From Octopus sinensis (lineage: Eukaryota), in the NCBI RefSeq assembly GCF_006345805.1, contig NC_043000.1, positions 121,830,001 to 121,894,000 on the forward strand: DNA of 64,000 bases, given 5' to 3'. The position numbers and the translations under genes are program-made. Of this stretch, positions 41,687 to 55,415 are shown in pieces. Position 1 is the stretch's first letter. Every line of letters begins with the position of its first letter. Under the pieces are notes generated by a model that searched no databases, was not told the origin of the DNA, and worked only from the letters and a program-made list of their open reading frames with translations.

Positions 41687-43090
41687 TATTTCTTTATTAC
41701 CAACCAGGGGCTACGAAGACCAGCATACATAACAAAACATGGAGGACATAGAACAATATGATTAAATTTATGAGCAAATGAATATTAAAATGAAAAAATG
41801 ATAATATGAAAGCGATGCTAACGGCCCCCTCCGCCAGCATCACTTACCTGTCCTTTTGTTTTCACTGTCACCTGAATGTTCATTCCCAATACGAAGACCA
41901 TCCATATCCATTCTTACTCCGAAATACTCCTCCATATTTTCCACGAATTCATCGCTCATTCTTGTATCTTTCACCTCCCAATTCTCCCTTTCACACCTCA
42001 ACACAAACTCATCTATATCCTTCTTTTCCAGCACTGCACATCTGGTCTCACCTATTTCATACCATATATACTCTTCCATTACCCTTTTAACTTCTTTCTG
42101 TTCAGTCATAATATAAATGTTCGGCCTGGGTTCGATTTCAAACTCTTGTCTGTCTGTATTATTTTTTTCTTTTGTTTTCTTGTTGGAGGGGAGCGGGTGG
42201 GTTCACTGTCTGCGGGGATAGGGTGGGTCTCGGAGGGTGTGGGTGGTGTTGGGGTGGATTGGTGTTCTATGTTATTTTCTTTTCCTCGTATTCTTCTCTT
42301 CCTCTTATTCCCAGCTTCTTTCCATTTCTGTGAATTCTCTTCTTCTACCGTCTCCTTCTCCTATGGTTTCTGCTTCTCTCTCTGTGGTTCGGAATCCATT
42401 TCTTTCACTGGGGGAGGGCAGAAGGCTCTTATGTGACCCCTCAGGCCACACTTGCAATAACGTGGAGCTCTGCCCTCCACCCACACTCTCATGATCACGT
42501 CTCCCAATCTGATGCTTTCCGCCAGGTCCACCAGTACCTCGTTCTCTGCCTGCACGTTCAGCTCCACTCTTACGCCTCTCCAGCCCTCGGTCTTAACCGA
42601 GGCATGGAGAATATCCACTTCCTCCTCGTGGCCGCTGATCACATCCGCCACAATCCACTCGGCCTCAACGTTTGGTGGCACTCCCTCGACCGGTACTCGT
42701 GCAATTTTTCTGTTTAAATACGTAGGCAAAAGTGTTACCTTTTCGGATTTCACCGCCTTCGCCGCCATCTTCCTTGCTGCATTCTCACTTTTAAAATGTA
42801 CCACTACAGTACCATACTTTGATCCTCGAGTCAGAAAATTAAATTCCTCCTCCGTTCTTCTCAGCGCCTCCTCTATCCACTCCATGTTTACAACTTCTAT
42901 CTTCTTCCTTTCGTTTGCGAACACCCTGTATATAATGATCCTTTTATCATACCATTCCTTTCTCTTGGGTGTCGGTGCTAGTTCGACCTCACCGCTATCC
43001 TTTTTCATATATTTCTGGTAACTTGGCAGCTTGGCCAAGTCCACCCCTTTCTCTTCCGCCTTCTTGGTTACACCGGCATAGGTATAACCC
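41687..43090 (-). mobile_element. ORF1-only LINE-like retroposed element with 17-bp TSD
   Basis: aaggtgtacagagttgt at 41670-41686 and 43091-43107; AATAAA just inside the 3' end; no RT or endonuclease between the TSDs. Confidence 0.75.
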
Positions 43091-43092
43091 AA
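42361..43092 (-). pseudogene. L1/Tx1-type ORF1 (gag-like; CX2CX4HX4C zinc knuckle); disrupted frame probably continues to 41840
   Basis: RVPVEGVPPNV...RVWVEGRAPRYCKCGLRGHIRAFCP; after a stop and frameshift it continues as the 41840-42109 ORF. Confidence 0.8.
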
Positions 43093-43819
43093 GGTGTACA
43101 GAGTTGTGTAAGAGAGTACGTTCGTCCATGACTATAAACTCATGCTGATAGAGAGAGACAGAGAGAGACAGAGAGAAGGAGGGGAGAGGGAAAGGGAGAT
43201 GTGTCAGTAACTAATCAATGCATTCTGTTAAATAGATAATCCATATCAAAGCCAGCGTAAATATTTCCATATCGGCCGTTCTTGTAGCAGGCGAGGTGTA
43301 AATATAATGAAAACAATTTTGTTCTAAATGAGATAAAAAAATATCAATTTTAAAAAGAAGTTACTAATCAATACCATGGAACACTTTTATTAACTGTTAC
43401 TTTATAGTATTGAACCTGAAAGTATGAGAGTAAATCTAATCTCGGTAGGACTTCAAAATCAACATAAAATATCGATATTCAGCTGAACACTCCGGCAGCT
43501 ATACCAGAATAATGCTCATTAAAGGTGAGCCTTATATGCTTTGTTGCTGGTTGTTTGGTTACCTTAAACATGAAGGTCACGAAATGAATCGATTTTACAT
43601 GAGTAAAAGTGTGAAAGTATAGTACTTAAAGAAAACAGTATTTCGTTGAACTGCGTGAATCTCCCCACAGAGTTCTTGAAATCTAAATGTAAAGTGATAC
43701 CTTAGTCACCTGGTTAAAATAAATTACACTTCTTTCGATCTCCAGCAAAATGACTTAAATGCCTTAAACAAAACAGCAACCACAAAAATAATAATGATGA
43801 TTTCAAATTTTAATATAAG

Positions 43820-44330
43820 GTCGATTAGATCGACCCCAGTACCAACTGGTACTTAATTTATCGACCCCGAAAGGCAGAAAAGCAAGGTCATCTTCGGCGA
43901 TAGCCGAAATACTCATTTCTTTACAATCCACAAGGGGCTAAACACAGAGAGGACAGACAAGAACAAACAAACGGATTAAGTCGATTATATCGACCCCAGT
44001 GCGTAACTGGTACTTATGTAATCGACCCCGAAAGGATGAAAGGCAAAGTCGACCTCAGCGGAATTTGAACTCAGAACCTAGCGGCAGACGAAATACCTAT
44101 TTCTTTACTACCCACAAAGGGCTAAAAACAGAGGAGACAAAGAGGGACAGACAGACGGATTATGTCGATTATATCGACCCTAGTGCGTAACTGGTACTTA
44201 ATTTATCGATCCCGAAAGGATGAAAGGCAAAGTCAACCTGGGCGGAATTTGAACTCAGAACGTAACGGCAGACGAAATACCGCTAAGCATTTCGCCGGCG
44301 TGCTAACGTTTCTGCCATCTCACTGCCCTA
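43820..44330 (-). mobile_element. SINE family B, multimer
   Basis: Three tandem bodies behind one head. Confidence 0.8.
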
Positions 44331-44359
44331 ATTATGATGAGGATGTTGATGATAAATGC

Positions 44360-44980
44360 CCTGTTGTAATGCCACTGGCTTTCATGGATTCTGATCCTAA
44401 CTGTTTGGAAATGGTATCATGTTCATGCTTTGTCTTGGTGTAAAAGGTGGGTTAAAACAAATATCCTATGCCGTGATGCAATACTAGGCACTGGCTCCCA
44501 TGCATTTTGGTTTTAACTGATTAGGCGTGGTGTCATGTACATATTTTGTCTTGGAGTAAAAGACGGACTACAGTAAATATTCTGCTTAATACCACATATT
44601 TGCTTGTCAGTTGCCTGTCCTTAACCAATTGAGCATGTCCTTTTGTAGCTGGCGTTATATGCATCTCTGCTCACGAATAGAAGTAGTGGGATGAGCATCA
44701 TAGTCATGTTTTGAGAGGAATTATTTGGGCTTTGAATAATTCACCTCTAGAAACATGGGTGTTTCGTTCAACACCCTGAAACAAACCTTATTCAGGTACC
44801 TTTTGATCGGGATGTACTACTCGACCTGAAGAAAATTCTAACTGGGAACCACCTACCACGTCATGCGCTGTTTATATTGATGTGAAATCACCATATCACC
44901 CACATATGGTTGTAAGGCATGTGACCGGTGTACCCTTATTGGGCTTCGTATATTCGTAACCCGGTGTCACTTTGACACAA
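44360..44980 (-). repeat. Second copy of the 20229-20626 family
   Basis: Reverse-complement match; followed by (GAA)n/(CAA)n. Confidence 0.7.
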
Positions 44981-45144
44981 CAATAAAAACAACAACAATA
45001 ATAAGAAGAAGAAGAATAGAAGAAGAAGACGAAGAAGAAGAAGAAGAAGAAGAAGAAGAAGAAGAAGAAGAAGAAGAAGAAGAAGAAGAAGAAGAAGAAG
45101 AAGAAGAAGAACAACAACAACAACAACAACAACAGTATCAATAT

Positions 45145-45357
45145 TGATTTTAAAGTTTGGCACAAAGTCGGCCCCTTCGGGATTGCTGATGTGTCGATCA
45201 CATCGCCCTCAATACACAGCTGGTACTTACTTTATCGAACCCGAAATGATAAAAGGCAAAGTCAACCTCGGAGAAATTTGAATTCAGAACATAAAGTCGG
45301 ACGAAATGCCGCTAAACATTTTGTCTGGGGAGCTAAGGATTCTGCCAGCTCACCACC
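45145..45357 (-). mobile_element. SINE family B, degenerate
   Basis: aaaggcaaagtcaacctcgg...tctgccagctcacc. Confidence 0.65.
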
Positions 45358-47353
45358 TAAGTTATAAAAATCATTATATTAATAACATCGACAACAATGG
45401 TGACGACGACGTCAATGGCGTTGATGATGATGTTTATGATGAGAAAGTGGATGCCGACAATTTTAGCAGAAACTACAAAAGGGCGGCTAAGGAAAAGTTT
45501 CTTGAGACTATTATATATATATCTTCAAACAAAAGTCACTGTCTTGAACTTTAAGTCCAATAAGTGTGTGTAGTCTTAAAAGTTCAAGAGAAAAGTGTAG
45601 CTGCTGTATTGGCCTGAAGGATCAAGAGATCATATTTCATTATCTTTACTACGCTTACTGAATCTGATTATTTAACTATTCTTAAATTTCTCCAAGCATC
45701 TTTTCATTGATACTTTGCATAATATCAGATATTTGCCACAGGCAGTAATAACACTGTATAATGTAATACTGCATATTCTGCTTCTAGCTTTTTTCTCACA
45801 TGTTAATATTCTTAAGCTTAGATAAACATTATCTCAAAGTCAATACTCCTGCATGTCTAGTTATTACTAGATTTATTGCATTATCAAACACCAAAAAATA
45901 TATTGTGATTATAAATGAACGAATGCGTAAACAGATAAATAAATATGGCGTGATTTCATGCAATAAAACAGTCATTTTGAAATACAACTCTTTAAAATTA
46001 CTATTTACTTAAACGATACAGCGATGTAGTAAGAAATATCATTTAAATATTATGAAGAATTTGCTTAAAAATCGAATTTCTCATCTTATAAAATATTTGT
46101 AATTTATAAGTAATAAGCTTTGACAAATATTTTAGCAAAACATAAAGTTATTGTGAAACAAAACATTAGTTTGTTCCGATATGTATTAGTAATATATTTA
46201 CTTTTCTTGATATTAAAATTAATTTTTGCTTATAAATGTTTTGATATTTGTCCTCTGTATGAAATCATATGAAATTTGATACAATATATATGATAATGTG
46301 TCTTCACGTTTATATAATATTTTGGAAAACATCCTATTAAATGATTTTGTGCATATATATTTTTGTATTAGAACAACAGTTTGACACATTCAACGCTTGA
46401 AAGTATTTCAGAAGTAAATAATAGAATTAATGTATTTATATATTTCCATTTTCTCTTGAGATATCAGATATAGTCGGATTCCTTAGAGCGTAATGAAATA
46501 ACAAGATACGAAGACATCCTAAAGAAATGTTTTTGAAGACGTTCATCCGTTCTAGAGAGACTTGATCCATATCCATTGTTTAGACGCTTTAGGACTAATG
46601 TGGCGTATGTTTTTAGTTAATAGCACATAGGTAAATATTCGCATGAAAAATCTAAAGCTTAGAGAGATTCGGATGGTTGATTAGGATGACTGTAGTCGAG
46701 AATAATAAAGTGAAATATTGAGTGATGCTTGAAGGAATGAAGTGAAAAAGTTGCATTAGGTAGTTCGGGTTGATCAAAGATGTATCTCAACAAGCAAATA
46801 CAAAAGTAAAATGAGAAGAAAAGTGACTCAAAATATCTCAGAGTCGGTGGTTAGATATCACGGTCTCTAACGGACTCATATTCCAGAAACTCTTTTGAGA
46901 GACGATGTATATAAGTTTTAGTTTTGAATAATAATTCAAACATAACTACTAAATTCCGGTGAAGTATCTATTTGAATTCTGCACACAAATGTAAGTGATG
47001 TAAGTGTACTTACTATTGATAAGCCACAAGAATGGTGAATCATCGATGTCCATAACTCTTCGATGGGATTAAAGGAGGGTTGTCTAACCTATTCGTGACT
47101 TACAAGTATTTTAACACCCGGCAATTTGAGAGCGTATTTGCCACCACACCAAATTGCAGCCTACAGGTAAATAAACAGGGTGTGTATAAACACACACACT
47201 CACACACGAACACGTACATATATTCATACACGTGTGTATACAAACACAGAGACTACACACACACATAAATGTATATCTATTTATCGATCGCGTGTGTATC
47301 GTTGGCGAATTTTTCCTCCGTCTTCCCTTCCTTGGATCTTTCCTTTTCCTATG

Positions 47354-47386
47354 TTTCTGACAAAAAGATACGCTCGAAGCGTTAAA
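47354..47386 (+). ncRNA. Decayed hammerhead-like motif in a short pseudo-LTR fragment (about 47290-47490)
   Basis: ttt-CTGACAA-aaagatacgctc-GAAG-cg-TTA-aa; several core substitutions. Confidence 0.35.
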
Positions 47387-47575
47387 TTCTTCTTTCTTTC
47401 CTTTCCCGAGCGTCCAATAATACTATACTTGTTCCACGCCCCTGCGTAGTTGGGTTTTCTCTTTGTGTTTTCATGTTTGGATTTACCATATATATATATA
47501 TATACATACATTCACACATACATACATACATATACACACACACACACACACAGACACACACACATACACACACAC

Positions 47576-47661
<86 letters not shown>

Positions 47662-47717
47662 TACCGTTATATATTTCTTGTGCAAGATTTTTTATGTGAA
47701 GTCGTGTGTTGAAACAG

Positions 47718-47929
47718 ATATTGTTATATTTCGGAATGGTCATTTTACCAGTTTAGCCAATAAAAACACATGCACTATATATTTGGTGTTATTTTGCTTC
47801 AGTGTTATTTATTTTTTACATTAATCTTAATCTTATTCTTATTAATAAAATACACAGATAAATAAACAAAGAGAAATATGTAACTATATAAGTTTTTTTG
47901 TTTCATTTAAAATATTTTTTAATGTTTTT

Positions 47930-47998
<69 letters not shown>

Positions 47999-48523
47999 CA
48001 TTATTATTATTATTATTATTATCATTATTATTATTATTACTATTATTATTATTATGATTACTAGTATTGTTGTTATACATACATACATACAAGCATACGT
48101 AATGATAATAATAATAAGTGAATGTAAACACATGAACAAAATAAGAATCAACAAACCCAAACAACAACAAAAACAAATTACATGAACATATATAAACAGA
48201 AGATACAAATATTACAGGCATCCCCCCACACACTAACTAATCATAGACGGACATAGAGATATAAGCATGCGCAAATGAAGACATACAATAGAAATACAAA
48301 ATGGATGACGGTTAGTAAGGAGAGACTCAAATAAGAAAGAAGAAAACAAGGGACCACTGATGCGGTCACAGGAGTGTGACGAAAGAACTCTGGCCGAAAT
48401 AAGAATAAGATTAAGTTCAATGTAAACAATAAATAACACTGAAGCAAAATAACACCAAATATATAGTGCGTGTGTTTTTATTGGCTAAACTGGCAAAATG
48501 ACCATTCCGAACTATAAAAATAT
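47718..48523. mobile_element. Fold-back element: ~125-bp inverted arms (47718-47843 / 48398-48523) around (TTA)n and a hammerhead-like motif
   Basis: Arms are diverged reverse complements. Confidence 0.85.
48354..48393 (+). ncRNA. Hammerhead-like motif, variant core
   Basis: cca-CTGATGC-g-gtcac aggagt gtgac-GAAA-gaac-TC-tgg; stems I and II pair perfectly. Confidence 0.6.
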
Positions 48524-49980
48524 ATATAGATAGATAGTTGGATAGATAGATATAAACATTCATTGCCTAGAATTCCGCCAAATAATAATTCCCAAATACA
48601 TATCTATAAATATAGATTTATTATACTGTTGTGCATGTTCCTCAATGCCTAATGTGTCCTACACAAGTGATCGTAGTGCCTTCTGTATGCACTGTAACAT
48701 AAACAGATTTATATTAACCATTGTGCAGTTACAGACCGTTCTTATTCGTGTAGTTTTTAGCAATTAACGAACATATCTATCAATACTTTTGGTATTGTAT
48801 ACGAGTGTAAAATGACAAATTTTCATGGATTCACTATGAGCGAATCTACATTTTCTAGAATTGAAATCTGATTTATTCCCATGAATTAAATACTCCTCAA
48901 CTTATTGAAGAACACAGATTTGCGTAAACCTCCCTATTTAGGCAATCTTCTGTATGAAGCTTTGTTTTGAACACTGGCTGGTTCATTTGAGATTGTAATA
49001 TTAAAAAGATACGTTTGATTTATGGAAAATTAGCTCATAGTTTCCTGTCTATTTCCTCAGCAATGGAATTTAAAACTTACTACGTCGTTCGAGACAACTA
49101 TAACTGTATAGTTCCTTTCATGGTGTCATGAATTTATTAAAATCACTGAATATTTCGACTTATATTATTATTAGTAAATCATTTTGACTATATTGATATC
49201 AGTAGTCTTCACGCGAGGTTATATTAAAACTGAAGGGAGAGGAAAATGACATTTACGATTATATTCGAATTTCCTTCTTAATTTCCTGTACATTTCAAAT
49301 GAATTCTCTTTTGAACAAAAGCAGCGTCATTGAATGGATTTCATTGCTTAAATCTAGGATCTTCTCCATTGTTACTTATTCAAGTCTGAAGCTTATTAAT
49401 CTTACAAATTCTCACTTTTTAGTTTATCTTCGCAACTTTCAGTTTTGTATTTCCTCAAAGGATGATCGAAATTCTATTTGCAATCGAAACACACATCTAT
49501 ACCGTTAAAATGGAATGTTTAAATAATGCATGGATATATCAATTAATACATTTTAAATTGAAGCATACAGAAAATAACATTCATCAGAAGAACGTTTAAT
49601 CGCTTTTAGTATCTCTTGGTATTAACATTCTGTTATAATTAATCGAAGCATTTATCATAATAGCAAAGAGCAATGTATTAATAATTAATCAGTTATACTA
49701 CACTGGTAGTTCATAAATACTGCAATAACATATTTCATAGGTGTCGATAATTGATTGTGTGTGTATATAGTATATATGTGTGTGTGTGTGTACATACATA
49801 CATACATACATACATACATACATACATACATACATACATACATACATGTGTATACACGTTCTTGCAGATTCTTGGAAATACTATAGTAAAGGTAGTAGAC
49901 ATATATAAGTTTAATGTAACATTTATAGCAACAAAAACATCGCTCACTATAGCCGCCCTTTTGGGAAATTTCTGGCTCCG

Positions 49981-51115
49981 CACAGGGCCGGTTTTTTTGG
50001 CAACTTCCGCAAACTCCACCATTTTGATTTCGCGGGTCGCACGCCTGATGCAGGTTTCAAATTGCTGCAGCACCGCCCTTAGTCGAGCAAATAGACCACA
50101 GGACAGGACATATTGCTAAAGCCTTGTACTTATTCTATAGGGCTTTTTGCCGAACCGCAAAGTTGCGGGGACATAAACACACCAGCATCGGTTGTCAAGC
50201 GCACAAACGCACGCACACACACACACAGTGTGTACAGAAGCATTGGTACTTGCTTGAATTACGCCCTATAAACTATCATAGAGGTTTAGATCTGGGCTGC
50301 TTCTCAGCCAGATGTTGGTCCTAACAAAAAATGGCACCTCTTCACCAAGGAAGCCTGAGCTGCTTTTGACCCATGGCATGATGCAAAATCCTGGATAAGC
50401 CCCACAATGTCAAGCCCAGACTTCTGCTCCATTCTAGGTAACAGAGATTTCTTCAAGATACCCTTATACACTTTTGAGCCGATCTTCAAGCCAGACACAA
50501 TAAATCCATGACATTTCCATCACTCACCAAGGCTCAAAATACCATCACATGGGCAGGATTCTTAGTCTCAAACATTGACCGGAGGTCGGAAGAGTTGTAT
50601 GCAATCACTCGAAAATTTCTGCGATTCACCTCAGCATCCATCGTGAAACCCCTCGTCCACAAACACGAGAGCTTTCCCTACACGTGGATGTTTAATAAAA
50701 TTTTGGGCATCTTGCCTGTTTGGAGGTAACGGCGGCGTTGAACATCGCTAGCAATTCACAGTTCTGGGCACCACGAAAAGGAGCACATTATCATGGATGT
50801 GGTTGGGTCGGTTTCAATCGAGCGTTTGAGGCCAGCGAGGAAATTTGGATTGTGCTTCGAATCACTTCGAATCTTATGTTCTTTCATTTCAACCTTTCCC
50901 TCCTATTTCAATTGCTCATACATATGGTAAACTGTTGCTTTTGGAAGTTTCATCACCTTAAAACTTTTATTGGCAGTGTGCCTGGCGCGCGCCAAAATAG
51001 CGATGGCGGAACGGTTCTGCTGATCGAACGCAGAGAGAGATGTGTAGTGAATTTCCAATCAAGTTTAACAATTCTCCCCACCCCTATCTACCCGTACAAA
51101 GAAATCGATTTTTGT
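49981..51115 (-). mobile_element. Tc1/mariner (DDxD) transposon remnant interrupted by a SINE A fragment (about 50065-50225)
   Basis: ETKNPAHVMVF..VSDG..KVYKGILKKSLLP..IQDFASCHGSK..IW..SSPDLN. Confidence 0.8.
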
Positions 51116-51371
51116 ACAAGAAAGTTTAAATAAAGAAAATGTATTTATCGAAAAATACAGAAGATGCCTAAATTTGAGCACATAACCAGGTTTGTTCTCG
51201 GCATATATTATAATTCATGGTCACATATCCATCACTGTACATATTTCATCTCAATATTTTAGCTTATGAGTATTCGTATATTTAGATATCCCTCGTCAAA
51301 AATGAACAATTACCTCCGAAGTCTCGAGTAATAACCAGTTACCACCCCTTAGATATTCTATTTGTTGATTC

Positions 51372-51440
<69 letters not shown>

Positions 51441-52424
51441 GCATACATACATACATACATATATACATATATTTATGAAATGACGTATCAATGTTACAGA
51501 AGAAAAGTTTAATCATTCGTCATTCAACTGACATTATAGAAAACAATATACTTACAAATAACAAAAGTGATTACGAAAGTATAATTTATTTGCAGTGTCG
51601 TTTGTTCTAACCTTTCCATGTGAGTGCAAACAGTTAAATATTCACTGGTAGTTTAGCTCTCAACATATAGCGAATACGTCTGAGTTGGTGACGCCCTTTA
51701 AACTTGATGTAATTGTAAATTAATTCATAAAAGTAATAGATCAGCAATATTAATCTATAACATGATTTACTTGGGAAACTTAGAATACAGCAGTGAAGCA
51801 ACAGAATCCATGTGACAAAATAAAAGAAATAAATGTGAATTTAATATACATTTTAACAAAACCTAATTATTTTAACATAGACTTACGGTAAAACAATGTT
51901 GCCAGAGCGATATAGAGATACGATTTTATGAAAGTAAAAAGAAAACTTTTTTTTCCAAATATTAAAAAATATAATTCACTTCAATGATATTTCAGATAAT
52001 AATTTTTTTAAAGTTATTTGTTACATTAATTTATTTCGATAAGGACAGATTTCCAGCAGACTAAAAATAGTTTTATTTCATTTGTCACCAAAGGACTTAC
52101 TGGTGCATTTTCGCAATGCTGTAAATTTAATTTGGAGACTATAGGTTTGCATTGATTTGTGTATTTTTTCTGCCATAACTAAACGCATGTGACTGTCTGT
52201 TCCGTAGATATACAATTCATGAGACAACGTCTATAGTTTAAAGGAATCTGCACCAGGAATAAACGTGATTGTTTTGGATGAAAACCGAATATATTCGTTG
52301 ATTGATGTATCAAATGTTCCCTTTGTATAGATTTTGCTTCTGAATATCGCCAGGACCCGTATAATTACTTGATAACCACCGTCGTTTAGACAAACTAAAA
52401 CCGTGGCACATGACGCTACATGAA

Positions 52425-52688
52425 TTGTTTGTTCCTGCTCAAACCACGTCTGGCTAATAAGGGCGGGCTGTCCCGGTATCCTTGGCGTATAGGTTCCCCA
52501 CCTGGACGGGATGACGGTCCTACGCAGGTGAGCTGCTAGATGCAGGAGGAAAGAGCGAGAGAAAGTTGCCGGAGTCACGTGGAGCTTGGATGTTTCGCTC
52601 ATAAACACGCACATCGCCCGGTCTGAGATTCGAACACGTGATCCCTCGACCGCGAGTTCGCTGCTCTAACCACTAGGCCATGTGCTTC
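52425..52688 (-). mobile_element. SINE family C
   Basis: Matches 11000 and 38030. Confidence 0.8.
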
Positions 52689-52729
52689 TATTGTTATATG
52701 TATAATGATTTCAAATTATTGTAACAAAG

Positions 52730-52915
52730 GCAGTTGTGGGGTGGGAATTAAATCGATTACATTGACCCCAGTGCATAAATGCTACTTATTTGATCGACAA
52801 AGAAAGGATGAAAGGTGAGGTCGATCTCGGCGGAATTTGAGCTCATAACGTAACGACTGGCGAAAAACTGATAAACATTTCGTCAGGCGTGCTAACGATC
52901 CTGCCAGCTCGCGGC
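52730..52915 (-). mobile_element. SINE family B
   Basis: Degenerate full copy. Confidence 0.7.
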
Positions 52916-53169
52916 CTCATGTTGCTATATGTATAATATACCAGACCAGTTAAATAAGTATTTAGACCATTGTCCTCCACAAGCTGAAGCAGTATTCCAT
53001 TGGATTTAAGTTCACTTTTAGTTTTATTCTGCGGTGGTCGTTTATATACGCATTCCACGTGACTAACTGTCGATTGAGTTCACACGCACACATTGCTGTC
53101 TGGAAAAGCTAAACCAAAACACAATGACTTTCGTCTCAGTAGATTTAATTTGAATCTAAACATATATAT

Positions 53170-53590
53170 ATATTTCTACTGTAGACACAAGACCCGAAAT
53201 TTTGTGGGAGAGATCCAGTGGATTAAATCGACCCCAATATGCAACAGGTACTAAATTTATCGAACACGAAAGGATGAAAGGCAAAGTCGACTTCGGTGGA
53301 ATATGAATTCAGAACGTAAAGACAGAGGAAATACCGCTGCGTTCTTGAGCAAGACACTTTATTTCGCGTTGCCCCAGCTCACACAGCTGTAGAAATGAGT
53401 TGCGACGTCAGAGGTGCCAAGCTGTATCGGCCTTTGCCTTTCCCTTGGATAACACTGGTGGTGTGGAGAGAGGAGACCGGTATGCATGGGCGATTGCTTG
53501 TCTTCCATAAATAACCTTGATCGGACTTGTGCCTCGGAGGGTAATTTTCTAGGTGCAATCTGTGGTCAGTCATGACCGAAGGGGTCTCAG
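53170..53590. mobile_element. SINE B fragment (-) fused to a CORE-like SINE fragment (+, TTGAGCAAGACACTTTA)
   Basis: Motif similarity. Confidence 0.55.
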
Positions 53591-54518
53591 CAATTGTTAA
53601 CATAAAAGGAACTCATCGATATATATCGCACAGAAACGACATATGAAAGGCACTTTATCGAACAAATAGTTTTGCTTTTAAATACACTTTTAATCTAGTC
53701 AAATATAAAACGCTTCAAAATATAACTACATAAATTGAACAGGGCTTCCATAAAAGTGATTCGTCTGAATAAACAAGAATAAATTTAAAACAATAACAAT
53801 TAATACAGCATCAAATTAAAAACCTCAAATTTTCTTAAATTAAATTTTAAGAATAAACATTGGGAATGAAAGTGAATTAAACCTATAAAGGATGCGACAA
53901 AATCAAATTTCTTCCGGAATAACTCTAACGGTTAAATTAAGGAGATTTATAAGTGTGCCAAGAAAATTGATTTGTGAATCAATGAATTGAATTATGGAAG
54001 AGCGGTTCTAAATAATTAAACTAATATAAATATAATAACAATGTCGTGTAATATTTATTTTCTCTTTAGTTTCATTCCCTTTTGTTTACAAATGCAAAAT
54101 CAGAAGTATATGCTTCATAAATAAAAAGCAATGTCGTGTAAATACGAGCATAAATATAAATACATGTAAATACATACATACACACGCATATATGTAAGTA
54201 TATATACACAATCTCATTCCGTTTGCTTTGCTTAAACGATGCATATTCTACACGCTCATATCAAAATAGTCAATCACATTCGTTCCTTCTTGTTCTTTCT
54301 CCTTCATTTGTCTGGCTAACAAGAAATGACGTTGTCACGTATAGGAGAGGCATCTATTTTTAGATAATAATAATAATTAGCGTGACTAGTCAAAAGAAGA
54401 ACTTATATCACAGTGAAGATGTTTAGTTTCCCATTGACACACACACATGCATGCACACACATATTTATATAAATATACACTAACGGTGCATGTCTGTATA
54501 TGGGTGTGTGTATGTACG

Positions 54519-54586
<68 letters not shown>

Positions 54587-54746
54587 CATATATTTGCCAT
54601 TTAAATATGGCTAACCCCTAAGGGTGGATGCTACTGTAGTTTGCAACCCCAGGAGGACACCTCCTCCAGCTGGCATTAGACACACTTTCTGTGTCCTATC
54701 AGTATTTGCAAAGGGAAGCCATCCTTCCCGTCTTCAACTTATGATA

Positions 54747-54791
54747 CACACGGACTCGAGTTTCTGAGTTTTGACCCGTCATCGGCGTGTG
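54747..54791 (-). ncRNA. Hammerhead motif (U4C core), left arm
   Basis: cacacg-CCGATGA-cgggtcaaaactca-GAAA-ctcgag-TC-cgtgtg. Confidence 0.72.
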
Positions 54792-54996
54792 ACAATCACA
54801 GTTGTCGATGAAAAGTAGGTTCCCTTCGCACATACTTATCCCTTTTCTAGTATCGTAAAGACACTGATATCGAAAAGGTGTAATCAAGATTTACTGTTGC
54901 TTGATTACACTTTTTCGATATCAGTGTCTTTACGATACTGAAAAAGAGATAAGTATTTGCAAAGGGAACCTACTTTTCATCGACAACTGTGATTGT

Positions 54997-55041
54997 CACA
55001 CGCCGATGACGGGTCAATACCCAGAAACTCGAGTCCGTGTG
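54997..55041 (+). ncRNA. Hammerhead motif (U4C core), right arm
   Basis: cacacg-CCGATGA-cgggt caat accca-GAAA-ctcgag-TC-cgtgtg; 6-bp stem I, palindromic stem III. Confidence 0.75.
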
Positions 55042-55252
55042 TATCATAAGTTGAAGACGGGAAGGATGGCTTCCCTTTGCAAATACTGATAGGGCACAGA
55101 AAGTGTGTCTAAAGCCAGCTGGAGGAGGTGTCCTCCTGGGGTTGCAAACTACAGTAGCATCCACTCTTAGGGGTTAGCCATATTTAAATGGCAAATATAT
55201 GTCACGATGTGTTGCAGCTACTATTTATAACTCGCTCTAAGATTTATTATTG

Positions 55253-55302
<50 letters not shown>

Positions 55303-55344
55303 TACACACACATACACACACATACACACACACTCACACACACA

Positions 55345-55400
<56 letters not shown>

Positions 55401-55415
55401 TATCTATAAAATGAT

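Larger units (their letters stand above)
54583..55205. mobile_element. 623-bp palindromic fold-back element (~306-bp arms, 11-nt spacer 54889-54899), one hammerhead per arm
   Basis: Arms are reverse-complementary with about a dozen mismatches; (TA)n nearby on both sides. Confidence 0.93.

Noticed and set aside
42491-43021. 176-aa plus-strand ORF (likewise 58003-59078 plus-strand ORFs)
   Set aside because: Antisense shadows of transposon ORFs on the minus strand.
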